Assembly: GCA_045863395.1 (NCBI GenBank)
Contig: BTVJ01000035.1
Coordinates: forward strand, 1 to 64,000
Reading direction: 5' to 3'
DNA length: 64,000 nt
DNA from: Myxococcales bacterium
GTDB taxonomy: Bacteria > Myxococcota_A > UBA9042 > JABWCM01 > BTVJ01
The position numbers and the translations under genes are program-made. Positions within the stretch are counted from its first letter, which is position 1, and each line of letters begins with the position of its first letter. This document shows positions 17,118-28,300 of the stretch, piece after piece. Below the pieces are notes generated by a model. The model had not been told where the DNA came from. It did not search any database and saw nothing but the letters and a program-made list of their open reading frames with translations.

Positions 17118-17194
17118 TGGTCGCGGGGGCAGGATTTGAACCTGCGGCCTTCGGGTTATGAGCCCGACGAGCTACCTGGCTGCTCCACCCCGCA
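17118..17194 (-). tRNA. Initiator tRNA-fMet (CAT), 77 nt, CCA encoded
   Basis: Reverse complement TGCGGGGTGGAGCAGCCAGGTAGCTCGTCGGGCTCATAACCCGAAGGCCGCAGGTTCAAATCCTGCCCCCGCGACCA; three G-C pairs in the anticodon stem. Confidence 0.97.
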
Positions 17195-17204
17195 GTCGCC
17201 GCGA

Positions 17205-17233
17205 TATGTACCCCCGCAGCGCGAGGGTGTCAA
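17205..17233 (-). promoter_or_regulatory. sigma70 promoter of tRNA-fMet
   Basis: TTGACA-17 nt-TACATA ending 10 nt before the mature 5' end. Confidence 0.75.
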
Positions 17234-17294
17234 CCGATTTCTTCATCACGGGCGCCACGGCCCTTCGCTGCGCCCCAGTCCTGCGACAAATGCT

Positions 17295-17322
17295 TCAAGC
17301 CACGGTGCGGCCATGCCGATCC
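17295..17322 (+). promoter_or_regulatory. sigma28 (FliA)-like promoter upstream of motA
   Basis: TCAAG-15 nt-GCCGATCC versus consensus TAAA-N15-GCCGATAA. Confidence 0.55.
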
Positions 17323-17422
17323 ATCTCCTCACCACGAGGGGACCGCGCCCGGAGAGGCATCGGACGGTGATCCCCGGGGCGCGTGAAGTGCATGGTCACC
17401 ACGGACGGAGGAGAGCGGCGTC

Positions 17423-18232
17423 ATGAAGCGCGGCATCGACAAGATCTCGTTCATCGCCTTGGCGCTGGGTGTCGGAGGCATCCTGGTGGGGAACGCCCTC
17501 GAGGGCGGGCACCTGTCCAGCCTGACCCAGCCGACCGCGGCGCTCATCGTGTTCTGCGGGACCTTCGCCGCCGCCATGTTGCAGTTCCCGGGGCACGTGG
17601 TCGGGCGCGCCATGACCGGGGTACGTGACGCGTTCCAGCCCCCCACCGTCGACCTGGATGGCACCATGGCGCGCCTCCTCGACTTCGCGAAGCTGGCCCG
17701 CAAGGAGGGGTTCATCGCGCTGGAGCGGGAGGCGAGCACGCTGTCCGATCCGTTCTTCCGCAAGGCGCTGAACCTGGCGGTGGACGGCGCAGACAGCAAG
17801 AAGATCAGGGAGATCGCCGAGATCGACCTCTACCACGCCCACGAGGAGGGGCAGCTCCCGGGGAGGTTCTGGGAGGCCTGCGGCGGCTATGCGCCGACCA
17901 TCGGGATCCTCGGCGCGGTCCTCGGCCTGATCCATGTGATGGGGAACCTCTCGGACCCCTCCAAGCTCGGCGCCGGCATCGCGGTCGCCTTCGTCGCGAC
18001 GGTCTACGGGGTGGGGAGCGCCAACCTGATCTTCCTGCCGATCGCCGGGAAGCTCAAGCTGAGGCACCAACACGAGATGAAGCTCCGCGAGATGATCCTG
18101 GAGGGCGTCGCGGGCATCGCGCAGGGGGACAACCCTCGCATGTTGGAGCAGAAGCTCGTCGGCTTCACGCAGTCTCGGAGCAACGCCCGCCGCGGAGGTG
18201 CCGCCGGCGGACAGATGCGGCGCGCTGCCTGA
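17423..18232 (+). CDS. motA: Flagellar stator MotA/MotC family protein
   Basis: ARKEGFIALE, DPFFRKALNLAVDG, GGYAPTIGILGAVLGLIHVM, GAGIAVAFVATVYG. Confidence 0.93.
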   Translation: MKRGIDKISFIALALGVGGILVGNALEGGHLSSLTQPTAALIVFCGTFAAAMLQFPGHVVGRAMTGVRDAFQPPTVDLDGTMARLLDFAKLARKEGFIALEREASTLSDPFFRKALNLAVDGADSKKIREIAEIDLYHAHEEGQLPGRFWEACGGYAPTIGILGAVLGLIHVMGNLSDPSKLGAGIAVAFVATVYGVGSANLIFLPIAGKLKLRHQHEMKLREMILEGVAGIAQGDNPRMLEQKLVGFTQSRSNARRGGAAGGQMRRAA

Positions 18233-18259
18233 GCAGCCTGGAAGGTGGAGGACAGGAGC

Positions 18260-19060
18260 ATGGCACTGCGTCGCGGGCACGCCGAGGAGCACGTCAACAC
18301 CGAGCGCTGGCTCGTCTCCTATGCTGACTTCATCACGCTCCTCTTCGCTTTCTTCACGGTCATGTACGCCATCTCCACCGTCGACGGTGAGAAGGCTGCG
18401 CTGGCCAGCCACTCCGTGCGAGAGGCGCTGGGGCTCCTCGGCGTGGACCGGAACGGCGATGAAGCGCTCCTCCAGCCGCCCATCGAGTCGCCGATCATCG
18501 ACGCGCGCTTCGTGCGGTCGGGGCGCGACGTGACGAACGACCGGCTCGACGACATCATCCTGCTGAACGACCTGACGCGCTTCATCGAGGTCAACGCCCT
18601 GCAGAGCTCCCTCAGGGTGGAGATGACGGCCCGCGGGGTCGTGATCACCCTGGCGGAGGCCGGCTTCTTCGACTCCGGGAGCGCGAAGCTCAAGGAGTCG
18701 GCCTACGCCGCCTTTGCCCAGCTCGCGCTCCTGCTGGTGCGATACCAGCCGGAGCTGGCCGTGGAGGGCCACACGGATGATCGGCCCACGCGCGGCGGTC
18801 GGTTCCGGAGCAACTGGGAGCTGTCGACGGCGCGGGCGCTCAGCGTGGTCCAAGCGCTGATCGACGACTTCGGCTACCGTCCGGACCGCCTCGGCGCCAC
18901 GGGCTTCGGGGAGCACCGGCCGGTGGCGTCCAACGACACGGAGGCCCAGCGCGCGCGCAACCGGCGCATCGAGCTGATCGTGCTCCCCCAGTCGAATGCC
19001 GTGGCGAAGAGTGCAACGTGGAACCAGGTGCCCGGTCTGCCGAACGTCAGCGCGCGCTGA
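18260..19060 (+). CDS. motB: Flagellar stator MotB (plug plus OmpA-like PG-binding domain)
   Basis: ERWLVSYADFITLLFAFF; VEGHTDD; NWELSTARA; RNRRIE. Confidence 0.93.
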   Translation: MALRRGHAEEHVNTERWLVSYADFITLLFAFFTVMYAISTVDGEKAALASHSVREALGLLGVDRNGDEALLQPPIESPIIDARFVRSGRDVTNDRLDDIILLNDLTRFIEVNALQSSLRVEMTARGVVITLAEAGFFDSGSAKLKESAYAAFAQLALLLVRYQPELAVEGHTDDRPTRGGRFRSNWELSTARALSVVQALIDDFGYRPDRLGATGFGEHRPVASNDTEAQRARNRRIELIVLPQSNAVAKSATWNQVPGLPNVSAR

Positions 19061-19073
19061 CGTTGGCGATCCG

Positions 19074-19811
19074 CTACCAGACCTCGGACCCCGATGCCGG
19101 AGCCTCGGCGCGGGCGTCGCGCACCTCGGCGGCCAGCGGGGAGAGGATCCGGGCCGCGATCAGGAAGGCCCCCTTGCGGGTGAAGTGGATGCCGTCCAGC
19201 GTTCGGGACGGGATGGTTCCGCCCTGGAAGTCCACGAGGGCGTCCACGTAGGCGCCCTTGTCGTCGCTCGTCAGGCTGTAGGCATCGACGAACCGGGCGT
19301 GAGGGTGCGCCGCCACACGCTGCTCGATGATGTCGGAGATGTCCCGCAGGCGGCGGCTGAACAGCGTGTCGCGCATGTTGGGGGGGCCCACCCAGAAGAC
19401 GCGCCGGCCGCGGGTGGTCTGGAGGATCGCGTCGACACGCTCCGCGTAGATCTGACGCCACGCCGGGCGCCCCCAGCGGATCCACCCTTTGGACGACCAC
19501 GCCCCCTGGGCGTCGTTGGCGCCGATGTTGATCACGACCACGTGGGGCTGCACCTGGCCCTTGAGGCGATCGATCTCTGCCATCCAGTCGTAGAAATCAG
19601 GGCGGGCCAGCCCGCTGGACCCGACCCCGACGCGTGTGACCTCCACGTTGGACCACTGGCGGAGCGTGCTCTCCAGGACGTTCCCGAGGGCGCCCTTCAT
19701 GGAGGAGCTCCCCACGAGGAGCACGCGGAGGGGCTCCGGGTCGGCGTCGGCCGGGCGGGCGGCTCCCACGAGCACGAGGGCGAGGACCAGGGATCGGAGG
19801 GGGCCGAGCAT
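19074..19811 (-). CDS. Secreted SGNH/GDSL hydrolase (DUF459-like)
   Basis: Signal peptide; VGSSS, SSGLARPDFYDW, GANDAQ, DGIHF blocks. Confidence 0.85.
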   Translation of the reverse strand: MLGPLRSLVLALVLVGAARPADADPEPLRVLLVGSSSMKGALGNVLESTLRQWSNVEVTRVGVGSSGLARPDFYDWMAEIDRLKGQVQPHVVVINIGANDAQGAWSSKGWIRWGRPAWRQIYAERVDAILQTTRGRRVFWVGPPNMRDTLFSRRLRDISDIIEQRVAAHPHARFVDAYSLTSDDKGAYVDALVDFQGGTIPSRTLDGIHFTRKGAFLIAARILSPLAAEVRDARAEAPASGSEVW

Positions 19812-20053
19812 GGGTGTGCGATTGTCCAGAAGGCGGTCCGCTCGTCAACCCCCAACCGCGGTAGGCCTGCACAATTATCAGGCACCCCGCCGGAGCGGTC
19901 GGGGTCGCGACGGCGGTCCGGGCCCTCGTAGCATCCGGCCCTTGATCTCGTACCCCATTCGTGGTTCAAGGCTGTTTCGGGCGCGCCGCCTCCGCAACGG
20001 ACGTCGCGGGTCGAGGTCGCGCCGCCCGCCACTCGCAGCCCGGATGCCAGCCC

Positions 20054-21019
20054 TTGACACACACCGCCATCACCGTCAGCGGCACCGGCCCTGGGGCCGC
20101 CGCCGCCTTGCTGCGCCTCGGCCGCATGGGGGTTCGGGGGGTGGCCCTGGACCCGGGGGACGGGCCCGACTACGACGATGAGCTCCCGCACCTCCTCTCC
20201 GGGCACGGAGCCGGAGTGCTGCGGCGGCTCGGAGTATGGGAGGAGGTGGCTGCCCAGGCTCACTGCCTGCGCCGGGTGCGGCTCCACGGCCCCCGCGGCA
20301 GCGCCATCGAGGCGCCCTTGGGTGGTCTGTGGGTGCTGCCGCCGCGATGGCTGGAGTCCGTGCTGCTCCGGGCCGCCCACGAGGCGGGGATCGTCGAGGC
20401 GCGCGCCACGTCGGCGCTCACGGTGCTCGACGCGCCGTGCGTCCCCGACTTCCGCGCCGGGACCGTCGTCGTGCAGAGGTACGCGGGCCTGGCGTGCGAC
20501 CAGGATGCCCTCGTGCTCGCGCTCGTGGACGGCGCTGTCTGCTGGGTTGCTCCTCAGGGCGGTGGCCAGGCCGTTGTCGGCGCCGTGGTCACGGCCGACG
20601 ATGCGAGGTCAGCGGTGCTGGCCTTCGAGCGCTTGGTGTGCGGCTCCCTGGCTCAGCGGCTTGGGGACGCCGCCGCCGTGGGTACCCTTGCCGTGTGCGG
20701 GATCCCACGTCCGGTGACCTCCCGCCCCGGCACCCTCCCCATTCGCCCCGCCGACCCCGTCCCGAGCCTCGTGGGTGACTGCGGCGTCGACCTGACGCTG
20801 GAGACGGGGCTCCTGGCTGGCGACCACGCCGCCCGCGTCGTGCTGGGGGGGCTCGATCCTGCCGCCGCCGCGGACGCCTATGGCCGCAAGGCTCGGTGGC
20901 TCGCGCTCCCCACCGACGGCGTCCGCTGGGCCAGTGTTCGGCTCCTGCGGAGCCATCTCGCGCGTGCCGCCGTCTCGCTCGCCTCCCTCCGCGGACTTCG
21001 CCGCCTGGGGTCGCGCTAG
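20054..21019 (+). CDS. Divergent or degenerate FAD-dependent oxidoreductase (geranylgeranyl reductase-like)
   Basis: ITVSGTGPGAAAALL Rossmann-like start; CWVAPQG; 'PSLVGDCGVDLTLETGLLAG' resembles the P..GEGI..A..SG motif but is decayed; start uncertain. Confidence 0.5.
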   Translation: MTHTAITVSGTGPGAAAALLRLGRMGVRGVALDPGDGPDYDDELPHLLSGHGAGVLRRLGVWEEVAAQAHCLRRVRLHGPRGSAIEAPLGGLWVLPPRWLESVLLRAAHEAGIVEARATSALTVLDAPCVPDFRAGTVVVQRYAGLACDQDALVLALVDGAVCWVAPQGGGQAVVGAVVTADDARSAVLAFERLVCGSLAQRLGDAAAVGTLAVCGIPRPVTSRPGTLPIRPADPVPSLVGDCGVDLTLETGLLAGDHAARVVLGGLDPAAAADAYGRKARWLALPTDGVRWASVRLLRSHLARAAVSLASLRGLRRLGSR

Positions 21020-21025
21020 CGGCAG

Positions 21026-22036
21026 CTACCGTGCGCTCGCGCCGGTCGACGCAGCCCCCCCCGGCTTCGCGTCGGGCTTTGGCGCCTTGGCGGCGATGAC
21101 GCCGCAGTCGCAGCCCCACGATGTCGGCAGCCTGGCGCAGGCCTCGGCGGCGATGAGGCGGTGGCCCTCCCGGTTGGGGTGGATGTCGTCGAAGCTGTGC
21201 AGCTCCTTCCGCAGGTACCACCGGGGGAGCTCCCGCGCCTCCGAGATCAGGCGCTCGCGCGCAGCGGCCCGCTCCTCCTCGGGCAGCGCGGCGAGCTCCT
21301 TCCTGATGGCGGGGCTCCGATCCACGGCCCGCTCCATCGCCTCCCGCGAGCGGAGCAGGGCGGTCGTGTCCCGCAGCGGCGAGTCGTAGAGGTCGACGGA
21401 GACGTCCGGCAGGTCGCCGTCCTCCCAAGCCGCCTTGTCCTTCGCGTGCCGCCCGAGGGCGTCGGCGGGAGCGAGGCGGCCCATCAGGAAGTCCACCACC
21501 TTCCGGGTGTGGCGACGGTAGGCGAGCCCCGCCGTGCCTGCCCACCGGCGGGAATCGCCCTCGCTCCCCCATGGCGACAGGCTCAGGCCAACCACCTTCA
21601 TCTTGGCGCCGCGAGCGCTCCGGATGAGCTGGAACAGCTCCGCGTTGGTCTTCTCGGGGGTCCCGACGCTGTTCAACCCCCCCAGGATGACCACCCAGTG
21701 GTCCCCTTTGGGGGTCTTCAGGTTCCGGTTCTTGAGGACCTGGGCCTCGAACCGCCGCTTCATGGCCCAGGCGCCATACCGCGCCTTGGCGATGTTCACC
21801 ACCTCCGTGTTGCTGCACGCCTCCTGCAGCACAGTGCCGAAGTTGCCGGCGTCGTAGGCGGCGACCGAGCCGCCCACGATCACCGCCTTGACGGGCCGGT
21901 CGGTGCGAAATCGCCAGGTCCCGACCGGCTCGTTCTGCCCGGGGACCGGCTCGGGCTCCCCGTCGGCCCGGGCGGGCCCGGCGAGGAGGCAGAGGAGGAT
22001 TGGCGCGAGCGCGCCCAGGCTGCGAGTCTGTGTCAT
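21026..22036 (-). CDS. Secreted SGNH/GDSL hydrolase family protein
   Basis: Signal peptide; VGGSV, GGLNS, DDIHPNREGH. Confidence 0.8.
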   Translation of the reverse strand: MTQTRSLGALAPILLCLLAGPARADGEPEPVPGQNEPVGTWRFRTDRPVKAVIVGGSVAAYDAGNFGTVLQEACSNTEVVNIAKARYGAWAMKRRFEAQVLKNRNLKTPKGDHWVVILGGLNSVGTPEKTNAELFQLIRSARGAKMKVVGLSLSPWGSEGDSRRWAGTAGLAYRRHTRKVVDFLMGRLAPADALGRHAKDKAAWEDGDLPDVSVDLYDSPLRDTTALLRSREAMERAVDRSPAIRKELAALPEEERAAARERLISEARELPRWYLRKELHSFDDIHPNREGHRLIAAEACARLPTSWGCDCGVIAAKAPKPDAKPGGAASTGASAR

Positions 22037-22302
22037 CTTCGATGCTCCGTCATGTCCCGGCGAGGGGATCCATTTCTACGTGTCCTTTGGGTGGCGCTCA
22101 ACAACAATCGCCATGCCGATGCGGCCCGTGAGCGCGGGGCGGGTGCGCTCCCCGCCCGCCCCCTCGCTGCGCGTCGGCCCCCTGGGTGACGAGACGCCGC
22201 CGCCCCGACTTGCCTCCGTCGCGCTGGTCTCGTAGCCTCTGCGATGGGCGGCCGGAGCCGTCCACCCTGACCACATCGTCGCGGTACCAACAGGAGCCCC
22301 GC

Positions 22303-25300
22303 ATGTATACGCGGACACGGTTTGCTCTCGCCCTGCTGCTCGCCCTGGGCGCTTGCTCCGATGACACCACGACCCCCGGTGCCACCGACCCCGATGGGCT
22401 CGGCGCAGACGCCGACGGCGCGTCGGGCACCATCGACACCGGGGACGCTGCCGAGCCCGGGGACGGCGGCGGCTCCCTCGACGTCTTCATCGACAAGGGG
22501 GACGGCACGAACACCAAGGACAGCGGCGGCCTGGACGCCGAGGGCGACGTCCCGCCCCTGTGCGGCGTGTTCGGCGTGCCGTGCCTCGCCAACGGGGACT
22601 GCTGCTCCGGCTACTGCGTGGAGACGTTCGACGGCTTCCAATGCACGGACGAGTGCCTGGAGAACTGCCCCGAGGGGTGGGCCTGCAAGGTGGTCTCGAA
22701 CACTCCGCCCGACGTGGTGTCCATCTGCGTCCCGAACCTCTCCAAGCTCTGCCACGAGTGCAAGACGAACCTGCAGTGCAATGGCGGGACGTGCATCCCG
22801 CTCGGGGCGGGGACCTACTGCACGGTGGATTGCTCCGTAGACTCGTGCCCGACCGGCTACGACTGCGTCGAGTCCGCGGACGGCGCAATGCAGTGCCTGC
22901 CCGCCAACGGAACGTGCGACTGCGATGCCGCGAACGCGGGCGCACAGCGGCCCTGTGCGAACCAGAATGAGTTCGGGATCTGCAACGGCGTCGAGGTCTG
23001 TGACGCGACAACGGGCTGGGGCTCCTGCAACGCCAAGAATCCGGCCGAGGAGGTCTGCGACGGGGTGGACAACGACTGCGACGGCGTCGCCGACGAGGAC
23101 TTCCAGCAGGCCGAGCCGTGCGAGGCGACCAGCGACCTCGGCACCTGCACGGGTGTCGCGACCTGCCAGGGAGCCTCGGGCTGGGTGTGCTCCGCCAGCC
23201 AGCCCCAGGAGGAGCTGTGCGACTTCCTCGACAACGACTGCGATGGCTCCACGGACGAGGGCTTCAAGGGCACCGATGGAAAGTACGCGACCTTGAACCA
23301 CTGCGGCGGGTGTGGCAAGGACTGCGAGGGGCTCTTCCCCAACGCGGTGGCCAAGTGCGATGGCTCGGCGGTCACGCCCCAGTGCGCGGTCGACACCTGC
23401 GAGCCCGGCTACTACAAAGCCAACGATTACCAGTGCCTGGTGCAGCAGAACACCACGTGCCAGCCGTGCGTCGCCGACTTCCAGTGCGCTGGGGGGGCGT
23501 GTGTGACCATCGGCGAGGGCAGCTTCTGCACCATGCTCTGCACTTCGACCGACCAGTGTGGCGGGGGGGCGTTGTGCCTGCCCGTCGCGGCCCCTGACGG
23601 CACCCCCAAGGGCCAGGGCTGCACCCCCACGAGCGGCTCCTGCGACTGTAGCCCGAAGACCGAGGGGCAGAAGCGCCCCTGCACCGCCACCAACAACCTG
23701 GGCACTTGCTACGGCTTCGAGACCTGCCAGGGGGACGCTGGCTGGAGCACGTGTGACGCGGTGCCGCCCGGCTTCGAGGACTGCAACGGCCTCGACGACG
23801 ACTGCAACGGCCTCGTGGACGACGGCCTGCCGGTGACCATGCCGTGCGAGTCCACGTGGCCCGGCGTCGGCACGTGCGGCGGCGAGTCGAGCTGCTTCGG
23901 CTCGGCGGGGTGGGTGTGCAGTGCCCCCAAGCCGACGGTCGAGGTCTGCGACTACAAGGACAACGACTGCGATGGTGCCGTCGACGAGCCCTTCAAGAAC
24001 GCGGCGGGCAAGTACGCGACCGTGGACCACTGCGGCTCGTGCGGGACCAAGTGCGAGAACGCCATCCCCAACGCGACGGCGAAGTGCGAAGCGAGCGGGA
24101 CCACGCCGCTCTGCGTGGTCGCCGAGTGCGCCCCCGGGTTCTACAAGCTCAACGACTTCATCTGCCTGAAGGAGGGCGATAGCTGGTGCAGCGCCTGCCT
24201 GACGGACGCCCAGTGCAACGGCAAGGAGTGTGTGCAGATCGCTGACGGGCTGTTCTGCTCGACGGCCTGTGTCGTGAACGAGGACTGCCCGGAGGGCTTC
24301 GGCTGCCAGGACGTGGACGACCCGGACACGGGCGGGAAGGCTGGCTTCTGCGTGCCGGCCAACGGGGCCTGCGACTGCAACCCGGACACCAACGGCGCCA
24401 AGAAGCCCTGCGAGGCGACCAACGACATCGGGACCTGTGTGGGCTTCAGCGTGTGCGCGGCGCAGACCGGGTGGGGGCCCTGTGGGGCGGCGGATCCAGC
24501 CGTAGAGGTCTGCGACGGCATCGACAACGACTGCAACGGCTTCATCGACGACGGCCTGCCGGCGACGCAGCCCTGCGAGGTGAGCAATGCCTTTGGGTCC
24601 TGCGCGGGGACGGCGACCTGCGCGGGGACGCAGGGGTGGCTCTGCAGCGCGAAGACCCCGGCAGCCGAGACCTGCAACTTCCTGGACGACGACTGCGACG
24701 GGCAGGTGGACGAGGACTACAAGACCGACGGCAAGTACGCGAGCAGCCAGCACTGCGGCACGTGCAACGCGGTCTGCGACGGGGCCATCGAAAACGCAGC
24801 CAGCGAGACCTGTGACGGCACCAAGGCCAAGCCGCAGTGCGTGGTCCAGGAGTGCGACCCAGGGTTCTACAAGCTTAACGACTTCCAGTGCATCGCCCAG
24901 CCCAAGGTGACCTGCTTCCCCTGCACGTCGGACGCCAACTGCTTCGGTGGGGCCTGCGTCACGTTGGGGGACGGGAAGGCGTGCGTGGACAAGTGCGCCG
25001 TCCAGGCGGACTGCTCGGCCGGCTTCACCTGCCAGGGCGGCCAATGCATGCCCCAGTCGGGCTCCTGCGACTGCACCGAGGCGACCAAGGGCGTCAAGAA
25101 GTTCTGCGCCAATGAGAACGCGACAGGCACCTGCGTCGGCTTCTCCACGTGCAACCCGGCCACGGGTTGGAGCCCTTGCGACGCGCCGACGCCCGCAGCC
25201 GAGACCTGCAACGGCCTCGACGACGACTGCGACGGCATCCCCGACGACGGCATGCCGGTCACGCAGCCCTGCCAGAACACGAGCCCCTTCGGTGTGTGCA

Positions 25301-28300
25301 ACGGGGACGCCGTGTGCTCGGGTGGCCTCGGGTGGGTGTGCCAGGCGCCGACCCCCACGGCAGAGACGTGTGACTTCAAGGACAACGACTGCGATGGGCA
25401 GATAGACGAGGACTTCAAGAACGCGGGCGGCAAGTACGGGTCCATGCAGCACTGCGGGACCTGCAACAAGGCCTGCGGGGCGACCATCGCCAACGCGCTG
25501 ACCGAGGTGTGCGACGCGAGCAAGCAGGTGCCCCAGTGCATCGTCTCCGAGTGCCAGCCCGGCTACTTCAAGCAGAACGAGCTGTCCTGCGTGCCCAACC
25601 CCGCCATCGCGTGCACCCCGTGCGTCGCGGACGACACCTGCTTCGGCGGCAAGTGTACGACCGTCGGCGCCGGGAAGTTCTGCCTGGAGCAGTGCTCGGG
25701 CAACACCTGCAAGGCGGGGTACACGTGCTCCGGCGGTGTGTGCAAGCCGGACAACAACTCCTGCGACTGCACGGCGGCGACGGCGGGAGCCAAGCGGACC
25801 TGCACCAAGATCAACGCGCTTGGCACCTGCCTCGGCTTCGAGACCTGCGACCCGGCGGTGGGCTGGGCCGGCTGCACCGCGGAGCTGGCGAAGGCTGAGG
25901 AGTGCGACGGCAAGGACAACGACTGCAACGGGCTCATCGACGACGGCCTGCCCGCGAAGGAGGCCTGCGCCAACAAGAACGGCTACGGGACCTGCGCCGG
26001 CTTCGCGAGCTGCTTCGGCACCGCAGGCTGGGTGTGCCAGGCTCCGGTTCCGGGTCCCGAGGAGTGCGACTTCAAGGACAACGACTGCGATGGGCTGACG
26101 GACGAGGACTTCAAAGACGGCACGGGCAAGTACTCCAGCGTCCAGAACTGCGGCACGTGCGGAAACGTCTGCGGTGACAAGTATCCCTATTCTGCGGTGG
26201 AGGTGTGCGACGCCTCCAAGTCGGTGCCGCAGTGCATCGTGAGCGTCTGTGAGGAGGGCTACCTGAAGCTGAGCGATTTCCAGTGCCTGGAGATTCCCGC
26301 CGTCGCCTGCGAGCCGTGCTCGACGGACGCCAACTGCTTCGGCTCGACGTGTGCCCAGGTGGACACGGGGCTCTTCTGCCTGGAGAGCTGCGATGCCGGG
26401 GCGTGTCCCGAGGGCTACTTCTGCTCCGACAACCTGTGCAGGCCGTGGAACGGGACGTGCGACTGCACGGTGGAGACCGCAGGCAACAAGCGGACCTGCT
26501 CGCTGACCAACCCCATCGGCAAGTGCTTCGGCTTCGAGACCTGCGTGCCGGCGAGCGGGTGGAGCACGTGTGACGCGGTGCCGCCGGCGACCGAGACCTG
26601 CAACGGCAAGGACGACGACTGCAACGGCTTCATCGACGACGGGCTCCCGCCGACCCAGAGCTGCCAGGTGACCAACCAGTTCGGGACGTGCACGGGCACC
26701 TCCGTGTGCTACGGCACCATCGGGTGGTTCTGCCAGGCGCCCAAGCCGGAGGCGGAGACCTGCAACTACAAGGACGACGACTGCGATGGGCTGACCGACG
26801 AGACCTTCAAGAACGGTCAGGGCAAGTACGGCTCCCAGGCGCACTGCGGCGGCTGCAACACGAGCTGCGACGGGGCGGTGATCAACGGAACGGCCGTCTG
26901 CGACGCCACGAAGCCCGTGCCCCAGTGCGTCGTGGAGTCCTGCGCCCTCGGGTGGGAGAAGTACAACGACTTCCTGTGCATCCCCATCACGAGCACGCTC
27001 TGCGAGCCCTGCGCCGTCGATGAGAACTGCGTCGTCGAAGGGGCAAAGTGCGTCGGGTTGCTCGACGGCCTGCGGTGCGGCATCGCCTGCAACATCGACA
27101 CGGACTGCCCTGCGGGCTACCTCTGCGAGGACCCGGGCGTGGGGTCCAAGCAATGCATCCCGGCGACCGGGTCCTGCGACTGCGATGGCTCCAACCTGGA
27201 TCTGCAGGTGGCCTGCAAGCAGGAGTATCAGGCACCCGGTGGGCCCGTGACCACCTGCTTCGGCACCGCATACTGCACGGCGAGCGGCTGGACTCCCTGC
27301 GTCCTGCCGAGCGAGGTGTGCAACGGTGTGGACGACGACTGCGATGGGCTCGCCGACGAGACCTTCAAGGACGCCAGCGGGAAGTACGTCACGGACGCCC
27401 ACTGCGGCAAGTGCAACCTGAACTGCGCGGCCATCAACTTCATCAACGCGAGCGGCGTGTGCGACACGGCGCCGGCGACGCCCGACTGCGCCATGAAGTG
27501 CGATGTCGGCTTCTTCGACACCAACAAGAACCCGGCCGATGGCTGCGAGTGCAAGTGGACGAGCAGCGTGGACTACCCGGACGGCGTCGACCAGAACTGC
27601 GACGGCATCGACGGCGACATCAGCGTCGGTATCTTCGTGGCCAAGAACGGCAACGACGCCAACCCGGGCACCATCGCGCTGCCCAAGCTGACCATCCAGG
27701 CGGGCATCGACGCCGCGGTGAGCGGGGGCAAGCGGGACGTGTACGTCCAGACGGGCGTCTACTCCGAGAGCGTGGCGCTTGCGGCGGGCGTCGGTGTGTA
27801 CGGAGGCTACAACGCGGACTACCACGTTCGCGACGTACTGCTCTACGAGACCGCGGTCATCGGGGTCGCGCCGACGGCGCAGAAGAAGGGCGCGGTCAAC
27901 GCCCTCGACATCAAGGGCGTCGGAGAGAAGACGGTCTTCGACGGGTTCACGGTGTTCGGCGTCAACAACAACGCCCCCGGCGGCAACAGCTACGGGATCT
28001 ACGCCCGAAACTGCGACGGGCGGCTGGTCGTGCGCAACAACCGGGTGATCGCGGGCTCCGGCGGCAACGGGGCTGCGGGCTCCAAGGGGGGCGATGGGGC
28101 GCTGGGCGGCGTCGGCGCCGGAGGCGTGAACGCGCAGGACATCGGAGCGTGCACGAGTGGGCTGATCACGAGCGGTGGCGCGGGCTCGCCCATGACGTGC
28201 GGCGGCGTCAACACGTCCGGCGGCAAGGGCGGCGACGGCTACTGCCCCAACTACAGCACGGCCCAGCAGAACGCCGCGGAGAGCGGCACCGCAGGGGCGA

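Noticed and set aside
17066..17194. tRNA as an integration site for a genomic island
   Set aside because: No integrase and no duplicated tRNA 3' end seen in the window; terminator is intact.
17423..19060. Zorya ZorAB defence interpretation of motAB
   Set aside because: MotA has normal length with no long ZorA tail, and no zorC/D/E neighbours.
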